Shown here piece by piece: positions 26,698 through 40,102 of a stretch of DNA of 64,000 nt (the first letter of the stretch is position 1; the number at the start of each line of letters is the position of its first letter). The stretch covers positions 33,852,001-33,916,000 of the forward strand of contig NC_043007.1 in NCBI RefSeq assembly GCF_006345805.1. Reading direction: 5' to 3'. This DNA comes from Octopus sinensis. Taxonomy: Eukaryota. The position numbers and the translations under genes are program-made. The notes beneath the pieces were generated by a model, which was not told the origin of the DNA, did not search any database, and saw only the letters and a program-made list of their open reading frames with translations.

Positions 26698-27415
26698 TAG
26701 TTGTTATTTTTTAAATCGTCAGCATTCATTGAAATTCGAGAAATTGATATTCTATAAATTCAGTTTTTTCTTGTTTGAAACTTCTTGTGAAAACTTTGCT
26801 CTGTATAAACCGCAATTTCTCCTACCCTGTAACTATTTACTATTTTCCATTTCATGTAAAATGCAATATAAGGTTTTTTTCAAATACCAAACATAATTGG
26901 AGTGTTCGTTGCTTAACATATTCTTATATTTCTAGCGACCGAGATTTAATAATGGATCAATTTAGGAAGCTATAAATAAACTTGCCAATGAAAATAATGC
27001 ACAATGAATTTAATACACATTTATTCCTATCAAAGCTGTGCCACATCTCTTGTTATTAAATATCGGCTGTCAATCATGTAACATTAGGAAAATTAATATG
27101 GTGTGTTTACAATAATGCATACAGAATATCCTTAGTTTTTAATTTTGCCACCTTTGTTTACCGAAGCTCATGTGATTTATTCGCAAGGTCAAGGATGATT
27201 TCCACCGGATTTAAATTCGGTAGGACAACATGTGATTATGTAGGTCAAAGCAGGATTTACAAGACCGATCTAAATTAAACCTTAGTTCGTTCTCAGATTG
27301 TGATCGGATGACCAGTTCGTGCTGCGTCGTAATGCGGGACTCCAACGTTGATGATCTGCTGAAATTGTGTAGATTTCATTTTATAAATATATACATATAT
27401 ATGTGCGTGTGTGTA

Positions 27416-27504
<89 letters not shown>

Positions 27505-27727
27505 GGGTAAAATGAATGAATTAATTAATAATTAATAATTCCCCCAAGTAGTGATTCGGTATGAAAAAGACCATTATCAGTAAATTTAAACAATATTTAT
27601 TATAATAATGGTTAGGCAAAAGAATTTGCTTCACACACACACCGAACTTTAGAAGTAGCAGCCAAAAGAAACTAGCTATTTCTTCTACTGTAAGAAACAA
27701 CCCCTAGCATATATATATATATAATAT

Positions 27728-27802
<75 letters not shown>

Positions 27803-27904
27803 TGTATTTAGGGATGGTCATGTCTTTTTTGCCAAATAAACACACGCACGATATATTCGTTCTTCACTCGTTTATTATTGTTATTATTCTAACTCATGTT
27901 CATT

Positions 27905-27947
27905 GTCCGGAAATCTTTCGTCACACATCTGTGACCTATTCAGCGAC
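27905..27947 (-). ncRNA. degenerate hammerhead-like motif downstream of the Penelope ORF (putative pLTR)
   Basis: Minus strand: TCG-CTGAATA-G-GTCAC AGATGT GTGAC-GAAA-GAT-TTC-CGG. Stem II is a perfect 5 bp; core G8 is mutated. Confidence 0.35.
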
Positions 27948-28352
27948 TCTTTCCATGTTCGTGTGTGCTCTTGCTCCACTTATTTCATTCTGTTCTTCTA
28001 TGAAGTGTATCCTTATATGCGCATGTGTTTGCGTCCCTGTTTGTGTTTTTATATATGTGTTGAGAGAACTCAAGCATATTCTTCAGGCACAAACAACGTA
28101 TCATAATGAGCTAAAGAAATTGAATGATAGAAGAAACGCGAAAAACCGAGAAGGCAGCATTTAGAAAACGCATACAGTAAACAACAGAAAACGGAAAACT
28201 GGAACTAAAATGTCAAAAATATGAAGTAAAAGGTAAAAAGGTAAAAGAGCTATCCTCCGTAGACCCTAAAGAACAAGGCACAAAAATATCAAGTCAGTGA
28301 GGAATAGGCAGAAATTTTCAATTCTTCAAAATATATTTACATATATTTACAT

Positions 28353-28476
28353 AATGGCGGTGCCCCAGCAAATGGCGGTGCCCCAGCAAATGGCGGTGCC
28401 CCAGCAAATGGCGGTGCCCCAGCATGGCCACAGCTCATGAGCTGAAACTGGAAAAATCAAAATCAAATCAAAATCA
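28353..28476 (+). mobile_element. ultra-short 3' end of the CR1-group LINE, with an 18-nt unit reiterated 4x
   Basis: (AATGGCGGTGCCCCAGCA)x4 + TGGCCACAGCTCATGAGCTGAAACT + an (AATCA)-type tail. Matches the 3' end of the LINE at 40148-40216. Confidence 0.85.
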
Positions 28477-28479
28477 TAT

Positions 28480-29760
28480 GTATGCAACCAATAAACATTT
28501 CTGACCTGGATTTCATTAGAGAGTTAGGGATTTAGATCTGAACAGGATCTGCGTTCTTTCAGACAAATAAAGTCTACATTTATTCGATCTATTCACATAT
28601 GGTATTGATTTCTCAATTACTTTCCATTTAATCACATGCGGTGTTTCGTTATCTTACAAAGTCCATATGTAGCTAGCCAGCTTTGCAGCTTTACTTTTGT
28701 CCCTATGTCGGAAGGTGGCTATGTGATTGGCCTAGCGATTTTTTAAAAATTCACCTTCACATAATCTAATATCACGTGATCACGTGACCGACCAGACCAT
28801 CAGATGTTGTTACACATCGCTGGTCACAATGCGTTCGCATTGTTTTAGCCTTCGAATGACGCCACCCCGCTGGCTAAGCGAGCAGGCCAACAGAAGAAAG
28901 AGTAGGAGAAAGTGTGGTGAAAGAGTACAGCAGGGATCACCACCCCCTGCCGGAGTCTCGTGGAGCTTTTAGGAGTTTTCAGTCAATAAACACTCACAAC
29001 GCCCGGTCTGGGAATCGAAACTGCGATCCTACGACCGCGAGTCCGCTGCCCTAACCACTGGGCCATTGCGCCTCCACATAATCCAATATAGATCTTCTTA
29101 TCAATTGTATTATTATTTAGGCTGGCAGTAACTTCTGCCTCATATATGATAGATTTAGTCGTGCACCGTTGGTCAAGTGGACAGGAACCTGTGTCATAAA
29201 AGTTGGAGCTGGATACATACTGGAGTAGCAACTATATGATAATTTCACCGAATGCCTATTAAATATTTTCCTGTATCTGTGAATGGCTGGAAAATATGTT
29301 TGTCTTGAACTGACAGGATATTTTACCAATGTTAGTTTTATATTAAGGTAAAGAGAGGGGGTGAACCAAATACTTTTCCTTACTCTGTTTTTAGGTTTCA
29401 TATTATCCTGAAAATAATAGAGCAGTTAAGTACTATTTTATCTTTGATGCCACTAGATCTATTATTAATATTTTGATTATTATGAGAGGTATTATATGTT
29501 AATTTATCTTTGAACTCACTAGTAGTTAGGACCTTGTTATAATAGGGGGAAGCTTTCTTGAAAACCTCTTTGGAAAAAGAAAGGTTAAACACTTTGTTAC
29601 TAATATTAGCTATCAGATTTTTAAATAGATCGGGGAAAACATCTAAATAAACAACAATACAGTGATTAGTAGCTGCTGTAATTTCAAGTCCTAATTGATT
29701 AAAGGTAGAAATTAGTTGCTTCCTAAATCTACTCAGATTGTTCAAAAAATCGATAATAGG
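28480..29760 (-). mobile_element. Penelope-like retroelement, pseudogenised (RT thumb + GIY-YIG endonuclease), internally deleted and split by a SINE
   Basis: FNQLGLEITAATNHCIVVYLDV...SKEVFKKASPYYNKVL (RT C-terminus); CPLDQRCTTKSIIYEAEV...KIYIGLC|SINE|GLCEGEF..R*ANHIATFRH...LASYIWTL*...IKWKVIEKSIPY..RSNKCRLYLSE (PLE GIY-YIG). Confidence 0.85.
28773..29074 (-). mobile_element. SINE family B, tail type 2, with 15-bp TSD
   Basis: CACATAATCTAATAT (28758-28772) and CACATAATCCAATAT (29075-29089) flank the copy. Confidence 0.92.
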
Positions 29761-31137
29761 GCACCTGGAAGGGATCGTTCTATATATATAATATATTTCA
29801 TATTAATAGCCAAGGGAAATAACCTATTCGTCCAGATTTTAACAGACAAAGGAAATAACCCATTCATTTTCCTAAATCATTTGGCATAAATCAAATTGAG
29901 TATGATTATTTCTTAGGATTTGAACTGTTAGAGTTATTTTCGCAATTTATCCAGTACAACCCTTAAAAAAATAAAAAGTATTTTCTTAGAAAATAGATCT
30001 ACTTATTTCGGTTAGTGATTTATTCACAAATATAGCAACACTAGCGCCGCTGAGGGTAATATTTTCTGGGAACTCACAAAAGCCCTTTTCAGAGTTATTT
30101 ACTTTGACTTGTTATTATCTCATATCTGATTAGCCTGTTATCATGTAAGATGCTTCACGATTTTAGTATACATACCTTATTAGAATTTCCGCCAAAGTTC
30201 TATATAATCTGGGAACGCATTAAAGCCCTTTTCGGGGATACTTTATTTGAATTCTCGCAATCGGGCAACTAATTTCATAACTGACTTCACAATTTAGGTA
30301 TTCATAACTTATTGGGAATTAATAAAAACAAGATCATGTGTAATATAGTTCGATATTCTCTGTAAATACACAGAAACCGTTTTAAGGGCTACATAATTTG
30401 TATTGTTATTGGATTAGCGAAACAATTTTGAGAACGAAAGCTAGGGATACGCCCAGCTTTCCCGGGAATTATTGGGTACGTCAGCTAGTGTAAACATATA
30501 TGTAAGTTCTGACTGTGAAACATCTTACTGTAACTGTAGTTGCTTGAAAGAAAATTAACGATTATTTCTTCTTAAACATCTATATGTTCTTTACAATTAT
30601 GTCATATAAAAATATACTTTCAGTAACATATACCTCAAAAAATGCCGAAAATATAAAAGAAGAAAAACTAAATTAAAATCTTCCTAAATAAACACAGCTT
30701 CTTTAAGAAAAAGACCTCAACCCTCCACCACCCCATCAAAAAAGTTAAAGGTATGTTGTATAGATACTGGGTATGACTTACGTTATAAGCTTGAAAAGTG
30801 TAAGAATACAGCCCGAATCATACCAATCATTATGGCATGCTTGGGAATTCAACGTTACTACATAGATGAGCACAAGAACGTTATAATCATTTCTAATGGC
30901 CACAACAAAGCCACCATTCTTTTACAGTATTCAAATTACACGTCAAAATCATTTAATAATTTCCCATGATAAAACCAACTGCCAATAGAATCCGGAGTTC
31001 TTTAAACGCTGTTCACATAAAGAATATATATAAATATATTTACATACATACATAGTACAAGCTCCACATACAACTTGCTCACTACCCATATTTTCCGTCA
31101 CACACACACACATATATATAAAACACACATATACATG

Positions 31138-31200
<63 letters not shown>

Positions 31201-31223
31201 TGTATATATATATATATATATAT

Positions 31224-31265
<42 letters not shown>

Positions 31266-34084
31266 ATATATATATATTAGTGTATATTTATATATATAAT
31301 ATATATATATATGTACATATATATATATATATATTAGTGTATATTTATATATATATATATATATTCGTAGATATTTATATATATATATAATATATATATA
31401 ATTTATATATATATATATTATATATATATATATGTATGCATATAATCTTCCAATTATATTTATTGCAGCAATGAATTTGTTGGGGTGAAATAATGGTGCT
31501 TTTGCTGCAATGGACTATATAATTTTACAGTCGTTCACATATACAAACACACACACACATACTCTATTCACCTCTCTCTCTCTCTGCATATATATATATA
31601 TATATATATATATGTTACACGCACATATATATCAATAAAAATACATATATAAACATATATGTGTTCGTGCATGCACATGAAAGTGTGCAACCGCTCATAC
31701 GTAGTCATGTATGATTAATGAAAGAACATATGGTACAACATAGGCATCACCTACTTTGTAAATATCTAAACATAAATATTGTAAATATATCGATATGAAA
31801 GAATAAATAAATAAATAAAAAGAGAGAGTGAGAGAGCGTGTGTGAAAGTGTGTGTGTGTGAGAGAGAGACACGGAGAGATCGATACAGCTATACATAAAT
31901 ACGTATAGAAGTGTAAAGTCATTAAAATCGTATTGCTGTAATGTTAAAAGTAAGGGCAAAGATTTGGTCGAACTAGACACATTAAAAGTATTTATTTAAC
32001 GTCTGTGTTTGTTATAAATTGAACGTATGTTTAATTATATACCAGCGGTATACTGAGGGATATGAATTCTATAGCCTATATATCAGTCACTTCCTCATCA
32101 AAGCAATTTGGTCTTGCGTCTGATAAAAAAAACAAATCGATATTATCGTTAAAGTGCTTTTATGCTTTCAAGCGGCGCTAATTTGTACCCACCTTTCCAA
32201 TCTCGCTTCACTTTCTCACACCTACACAAAAATAAATAAATAAATAAATAAATGAATTAAATAAATAAATAAAAATGAATTTACTGAAAAATAAAGTAAA
32301 TGAAAAAAGAATGAGAAAATCAAAGGAAAAAAAATAACAGAAGCGAAACATGAAACTCACTCTGTTGTTTACAGATGGAAGAATGATTTATTCCTGAAAA
32401 ATATTGGTGGGTGGTCTCTTATTTTAATAAAGAATGCCAGTGTGGTAGAGTATCTTTCTGATTAATATTATTTTTATAATAATAAAAATAATTATTATTA
32501 TAATAACAAACATTGTTGTCGTTATTACCTGGGAAATAGAAAAAAAATACAAAATTACAAATAAACTGTAAATAAAAGATATTATTATTGTATTAAAAAG
32601 CAAACAGGTAGATTAAAGACAGATTAAAGAAACAAAGGCTTTTAGAAAATGCTTTTTTTTATGTCAGATTAGTAACTGGAATCATGAATTTTCTTGTTAT
32701 GTTCAGAATAAAGATGCAAATATGTTCATACACATGTACATACGTGTACACAGACCCACACACTAAAATGACAATCCGACACATACCCATACACACACAA
32801 TGCACATACACTGGCTTACATACTAATTGTCAATCCCACGCATACCCATACATGCGCACAAACACATACGCACACACACGGGCAAACGAAAACAATCTAC
32901 TTCACACAAGTTATCGGAAAATAAATTTGTTTGTTTGTTAGATATCCTGCGAGAAACAACAGCCAATTCGCACTCTATATAGTCTGAATAAAGAAAGAAA
33001 ATAAAGGGCAAATTAGATAATGTAGTAATTAGATAGAATGCGTTTGGAATAAGAAAATAATAAGTAAGTTTCTCATGGCTATAAAACGGTAAATAATTAT
33101 AATTTTGGCCAAACAAAAATGCCAGCAAATTTGTAGGGAAGTGGTTAGTCAACTGAACATAGTCCCAGTGTTCAGCTGCTACCATTTCCCTCGAACCCCG
33201 AAAGGATTAAAAGCAAAATTTAACCTCGGTGGAATTTGAACTCATAACGTAAAAAGAGCAGAATTTAACCTCGGTGGAATTTGAACTAATAGCATAAAAA
33301 GACAGAAATGCTACAAAAAGATTTGACCAGCGCAGTAACAAGTCTGTCAGCACAGTGCCCTTCGGATTAAAAGGAAATAAAGAAATAAACAGAATTGTTG
33401 CTGGGTGATATAACTTTAAATAATATTAAAGAAGAGAGCCAGGAGTGAAACAGTATTGTGTTATGATCTGCTCTAAAACACGAAAACCGCAACAAAACAC
33501 CATATTATACGTATCTTCGACAGAGCTGTGTATTTATCAATGATATATTACATTTAAAACTTATAGTATATTACTACGAACTCTAAGTTACATAGACTAC
33601 TGACATTTTATTACATTCCCCACTGACATTACACATTACTCTCACCACTGGATTATACTATATTGAATTTACAACGAGCATACACAGACGCGCTCGTACT
33701 GAAGCTCTCTCTCTTCTCTCTCTCTCTCTCTTCTCTCTCCTCACACACACCACACACACACTCACATATATATGCATGTATATGGCGGTTTTAATCATAA
33801 CAATTCCGCTTTGAATTCTTCAATTCGTTGAATCCTTTCAGCAACATTTGAAATATAGCTGTACAATGAAATACAATTTTTATTATAGAGAAACATTTGA
33901 AGAAGCTTTCACCTTGAGAAAGAAAGTAGCATTCGCTGAAAGTATGACAATATCGATTTGATAATTTTACACTGATATCGATTTCATTTTTTGAGCGATG
34001 TACTTTCTGTTACACTACGTAACAAAGCGCTATACTACGCAATACAACATCACCCTATTTTGTATAATTTTACACGAAATTAAA

Positions 34085-34875
34085 TGATCCCTTTGATCAC
34101 GAATGTCCATGGGATTGCACCTAGAAGGTTCCCCTACGAGGCACAAGTCCGGGCGAGGTTGTTTATGGAAGACCAGTAGTTGGAGAGGAATACCATCCTC
34201 TTCATAATTATAGGTACATAAGGTAAAAGGTAAAGACTCCCTTCGGTCACGAATGACCATGGATTGCGCCCAGATAGTTACCCTTCGAGACACAAGTCCG
34301 GGCGAGGTTGTTTATGGAAGACCAGTAGTTGCCCATGCATACCAACCTCTTCATAATTATAAGTACAAAACGTAAAAGGTAAGACTCCCTTCGGTCACGA
34401 ATGACAATGGGATTGCACTTAGAAAGTTCCCTTTCGAGGCTCAAGTCCGGGCAAAGTTGTTTATGGAAGGCCAGCAGTCGCCCATGTATACCATTCTCCT
34501 CACTCCACGCCATTATATGTACATATAGGGTAAAAAGTAAAGACCAACCTTCGGTCATTAATGACCACGGCATTGCACCTAGTAAGGTCCCCTCTGAGGT
34601 ACAAGTCCGACAAGGTTGTTTATGGAATACCAGGAGTTGTCCATGCATACCAGCACCTTCATTTCACACCACCGATGTTATCCAAGGAAAAGGCAAAGGC
34701 CGATACAGCTTGACACCATTGATGTTGCAACTCATTTCCTATCGCTGAGAAAACTGGGACAACGTGAAATACAGTGCCTTGCTCAAGAACACAACACACA
34801 GCCCAATCCAAGAATCGAACTCACTACCTCACGATTGCGAGCCCGATCCACTAAAAACTGAGCCGTGCGCCATCA
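34085..34875 (-). mobile_element. tRNA-derived SINE family D with its 3' ~150 nt tandemly reiterated 4x
   Basis: tRNA-like head near 34870. GTTTATGGAA anchors at 34161, 34310, 34459 and 34618 (periods 149/149/159). A single-unit copy is at 62940-63247. Confidence 0.85.
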
Positions 34876-34906
34876 TGATGATTTTACTCTAATTATCTAC
34901 TATCCA

Positions 34907-35540
34907 AGCGAATATGAATATATATATATATATATCCCTCGAGGTGGTGACCCAGTTAGACCACGTTCCAGCGAACGACATCCGTGCAAAGTGACTTCTA
35001 ATATAGTTAACTAATGTATAAAGAATGCAGTCAAATGTTTAATGCAGTTCGTTGTAACTTTCTATAATTTAACGTAACGAAATATAGTGTAGTAAAGTAC
35101 CCTGTGCATGCTTACCAACTCTTCATATACATACACTGTAATACGGTGAAATCAGCGCAAAACACTATTTCTTCGGGTAATTTCGTGAAGAAGGGCTTTT
35201 AGCCCTGAAATATTGAAATGCATAATATTTTACCACCATACCGTACATGTTACGAAGCTAAGCTACCCCATAATATTAAATATACAAATACAACTCAATA
35301 AGAGGTTGTATTAAAATTCATCAGATATTACGTTATGTTATGCTACGCTTTACTACACTATATTTCGTTACGTTAAATTATAGAAAGTTACAACGAACTG
35401 CATTAAACATTTGACTGCATTCTTTATACATTAGTTAACTATATTAGAAGTCACTTTGCACGGATGTCGTTCGCTGGAACGTGGTCTAACTGGGTCACCA
35501 CCTCGAGGGATATATATATATATATATATTCATATTCGCT
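34907..35540. mobile_element. fold-back element / MITE with ~190-bp essentially perfect arms
   Basis: AGCGAATATGAA(TA)nTCCCTCGAGGTGGTGACCCAGTTAG...GTGTAGTAAAG is mirrored at about 35348-35540. Confidence 0.9.
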
Positions 35541-35808
35541 ACATAAATGTGGCTAACACTTAAGGGTGGATGCTACTGTAGCTTGTAGCCCCAGGACACC
35601 TCCTCCAGCTGGCTATTGACACACTATCTGTGCCCTGTCAGTATTTGCAACGTGTGTATCATGTCAGGTTCGAAATGGGGAGGATGGCTCCCCTTTGCAA
35701 ATACTGATAGGGCATAGATAGTGTGTCATTAGCCAACTGCAGGAGGTGTCCTCCTGGGGCTACAAGCTACAGTAGCATCCACCCTTAGGGGATAGCACAT
35801 TTAAGTGC
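35541..35808. mobile_element. second, unrelated fold-back element (~110-bp arms, ~85% identity)
   Basis: TAAGGGTGGATGCTACTGTAGCTTGTAGCCCCAGGA...TATTTGCAA mirrored by GCAAATAC...GGGGCTACAAGCTACAGTAGCATCCACCCTTA. Confidence 0.85.
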
Positions 35809-35872
35809 CAAATATACTTCACGATGTCGTACAGCTACTGTTTATACCTCGTTCAGAGATTTATTATTGCTC

Positions 35873-35959
<87 letters not shown>

Positions 35960-35960
35960 A

Positions 35961-35993
<33 letters not shown>

Positions 35994-36198
35994 CTCGATT
36001 AAATAGATCATAGTATTTAGTTTTAAGCTGGTAGTTATTTTATCGGTTGTTTTTGGCGAACTGCTACGCTAGAAGGGATGAACTAACCAATGCCGGTTAC
36101 CTGGCGGCAAGAATCGAACGCAATGAACCACACGCACGTACATGTAAAACCACATGCACGCGTGCTTATAGATGCACACACAACTCTCTAGACGCTGG

Positions 36199-36357
36199 AT
36201 CTCTACACGCTAGATCGAATGGACGCTCGTTCCGGTGCGATTATAATGACCTATGTATCGTTGAAATATAGATTGTGGCTGGTTCATATTATTACAGGAA
36301 ACCATATATTGGTGTAAAATATGGAACGAGCGTTGGTTCGATCTAGCGTGTAGAGAT
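36199..36357. mobile_element. small MITE-like element, 35-bp TIRs
   Basis: ATCTCTACACGCTAGATCGAATGGACGCTCGTTCC versus the reverse complement at 36323-36357 (3 mismatches). Confidence 0.7.
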
Positions 36358-36397
36358 ATTCATTTTGTTATGAAGAGTGCATAGGAGTGCATAGGAG

Positions 36398-36587
36398 AGG
36401 CCTAGGAGTGGCTGTATGGGAAGTAGCTTGCCTACCAACCACATGGTTCCGGGTTCAGGCCCACTGCGTGGCACCTTGGGCAAGTGTCTTCAACTATAGC
36501 CTCGGGCCGACCAAACACTTGTGAGTGGATTTGGTAGACGGAAACTGAAAGAAGCCCATCGTATATATGTATATATGTAAATATATA

Positions 36588-36653
<66 letters not shown>

Positions 36654-36845
36654 TGTGTGTGTATGCTGTGTGTCTGTGTTTGTCCCCCCCCACATCGTAA
36701 CTTAGCAGTTGGCTAAAGAGAACGATAGAATAAGTACTAGGCTTACAAAGAATAAGTCCTAGGGTCGATTTGCTCGACTAAAGGTGGTGTTCCAGCATGG
36801 CTACAATCAAATGACTGAAACAAGTAAAAGAGTAAAGAGTAAGAG
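36398..36845 (+). mobile_element. SINE family A (internal deletion)
   Basis: Homology to other copies. Confidence 0.85.
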
Positions 36846-37002
36846 TGTATATACTTTCCTCACAATGGTAAACAGAAACTATCCTAAACAACTTCACTCT
36901 CACTCTCACCTTTATTTACTAATTAAAGAATGGCTTACTACCGCAAAAGACAAACTTCTGTTTGTTATTTTCCCCCCATTTTCTTCCCGTTTATATACAT
37001 AC

Positions 37003-37045
<43 letters not shown>

Positions 37046-37118
37046 GTGTGTGTGTGTGTATATATATATATATGTATATTTAATATAAATATATTCATAT
37101 ATTTAATAGATATATATA

Positions 37119-37466
37119 TAGGCGCAGGAGTGGCTGCGTGGTAAGTAGCTTGTTTACCGACCACATGGTTCTGGGTTCAGTCCCACTGCGTGCCACCTTG
37201 GGCAAGTGTCTTCTACTATAGCCTCAGGCCGACCAAACACTTGTGAGTGGATTTGGTAGACAGAAACTGAAAGAGCCTGTCGTATATATGTATATATAAA
37301 TGTGCGTGTGTGTGTTTGTGTGTCTGTGTTTGTACTCCTAGCATCGCTTGACAACCGATGCTGGTGTGTTTATGTCCCCGCTACTACAAAAGAATAAGTC
37401 CCGGGGTCGAGTTGCTCGATTAAAGGCGGTGCTCCAGCATAGCCGCAGTCAAATGACTAAAAGAGT

Positions 37467-37470
<4 letters not shown>
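37119..37470 (+). mobile_element. SINE family A (internal deletion)
   Basis: Homology to other copies. Confidence 0.85.
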
Positions 37471-37523
<53 letters not shown>

Positions 37524-37709
37524 CGAACTACATATATAGATACATACATATATAGATACATACATATATACTTACCTACCTGTACATTCGTGTGTGTTTG
37601 GTCTAGTTACTTTAGTGATCATTTATGCTACTGCTTGACTTACTGGAGTTAGCAACGAAAATATCTATCAAATCACATGTTGTTGTTGGTGTGTTGTTGT
37701 TGTTTTTAG

Positions 37710-38185
37710 TGATAGTAGTAAAACTAATATTAAGAAAGGTAACTATTCTTGAGGACTGAATGATAGAGAAACAAGAGGAGTACCAGGATGAAGAGGGTTA
37801 GAAGAAGAAGGAAAAAAAGAGTAAGAAGAGAAAGTAGTAGTAGTAGTAGTAGTAGTTGTAGTAGTAGTAGTAGTAACAGATACAGCACTACTACTACTAC
37901 TACTACTACTACTACAACTACTGATGCTATTTCTGCTGCTGTCACCACTACACCACTACTACTACAGTTGCTGCTGCTGCTACTACTACTATTACTACTA
38001 CTACTATTACTACAACTACTACTACTACAACTACTACTACTACAACTACTACTACTAGTGATGCTATTTCTGCTGTTGTCACCACTACACCACTACCACT
38101 ACTACAATTGCTGCAGCTGCTACTACTACTACTACTACAACTACCACCACTACCACTGATGCTATTTCTGCTGCTGTCACCACTA

Positions 38186-38218
<33 letters not shown>

Positions 38219-38280
38219 AGTTGCTGCTGCTGTTACTACTACCACTACTACTACTGCCGCCACCGTCATTACTATCGCCA
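37710..38280. repeat. (TAG)n then (CTA)n microsatellite with internal duplications
   Basis: Directly visible; GATGCTATTTCTGCTG block occurs 3x. Confidence 0.9.
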
Positions 38281-38289
38281 CAACTACCG

Positions 38290-38515
38290 CCATCAATTTC
38301 AGGACCAATCAGGAACAGAGGCATAAAGGATGATTGAACTCTCAAAATGACGCTTTCAATGTTCTTGCATTTTGCTCCCCGCAAGCATCAAATCAATATC
38401 CGGCGGCCATTTACTTGACAATAATGACACCTGCTTTTCATAAGCTTCAGTAGATATTTAACGAAAATGTGTGCAGCTGAATGAACAAGGAAAAAAAAAA
38501 AACATGGCGGTAAGT
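38290..38515 (+). promoter_or_regulatory. candidate promoter and first exon (Met-Ala, then GTAAGT donor)
   Basis: CCAATCAG (~38306), TGACGC, GGCGGCCATTT, then AAC-ATG-GCG|GTAAGT (ATG 38504-38506). The start context matches both Kozak and the YY1 AANATGGCG motif. Non-repetitive, CpG-retaining island. Confidence 0.35.
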
Positions 38516-38829
38516 GATATGAATTGGAATTTCAAAAAATATTACGTTATAACGTTATAGCTCAACGAGATAATATTAAATGGTGATAGTCAGTGCATTG
38601 AAAATTTCAAGTAGAGAGAAAGAATGCGTGCGCAGATGTGTGTGTTTGAGTGCTTTTGTGTATGTGTGTGTGTGATGTGTGCGTGTCTATATGAATTCCT
38701 ATATCTTTGTGTGTCCACTGCGTGTGTATATACGTATATGTGTCTCTCTATATAGACAGGCATCTAAGCTTCTGAGAATATATATGTATATACGTATGTA
38801 TGTCTGCATGTAGTTATATATGTATATAT

Positions 38830-39058
38830 TTCCTTACTACCCACAAGGGGTTAAACACAGAGACGACAAACAAAGACAGACAAACGGATTAAGTCGATTA
38901 CATCAACCCCAGTGCGTAACTGGTACTTAATTTATCGACCCCGAAAGGATGAAAGGCAAAGTCGACCTCGGCGGAATTTGAACTCGGAACGTAACGGCAG
39001 ACGAAATACGGCTACGCATTTCGCCCGGCGTGCTAACGTTTCTGCCAGCTCGCCGCCA
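38830..39058 (-). mobile_element. SINE family C, full length
   Basis: Reverse complement of the 9541 and 53740 copies. Confidence 0.9.
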
Positions 39059-39375
39059 TACATATATACTTATACTTATATATATATACTTATATATGTA
39101 TATCAAGCGTATAAGGTTAGGTATGTATGCATATATATATGAATGCATCGTTTTCACGGCAGATAAATTCAACCTATTTCATAAAACTTGTATTTATTTA
39201 TGGCATACATCGTATATTGGAGATGTATTGTCTTACAGCTGGTATGCATTTATATTCAGTTCAAGGTATATAAATATAGTATTGGCATTGTCTCATATAT
39301 AAGTCAGTTCTTATTTTGCAGGCCATGTGTTTTTCACACGGTCTGTCGATTTTCCAGACAGAGACTATCTGTTAG

Positions 39376-39535
<160 letters not shown>

Positions 39536-39987
39536 GTCTCTGTGATACACGATCCCTATTGATCGTTTTTTTTCTTTCCCTTTTACGATCCCTTTTGATC
39601 GAAAACCTACCCCACTTTTTTTCTCCCCAAAAAGAAAAGCTCTACTTTGTATTCTGTCCTAGCTGTGTGCAGCCCTGTGTGGCTAATAAAGAAACATATC
39701 TATCTCTCTATCACTCTGTCTGTCTATCTGTCTGTATATCTGTCCGTCTATCTGCGCTACATACATAAATACACAATACATAAAACATTCACATACATAC
39801 GCGTACATACATACACACACGTACTCACGGACATACACACATACATGCACATACGTACATACATACATAGATACATACATACAAACATACATGCATACAT
39901 AGACATATACATATACGTACATACGGATATACATACAAACATACATACAGACACACACACACACCACACACAACACACATATATATA

Positions 39988-40102
39988 TCACGTGATCACG
40001 TGACCGACCAGACCATCAGATGTTGCTACACATCGCTGGTCACCATGCGTTCGCATCGTTTTAGCCTTCGAACGACGCCACCCCGCTGGCTAAGCGAGCA
40101 GG

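Noticed and set aside
27290-27380. CpG-rich stretch with open frames on both strands
   Set aside because: No convincing donor and no recognisable peptide.
28353-28424. 4x 18-bp repeat resembling a CRISPR array
   Set aside because: No spacers, eukaryotic context, and identical to the LINE 3' end.
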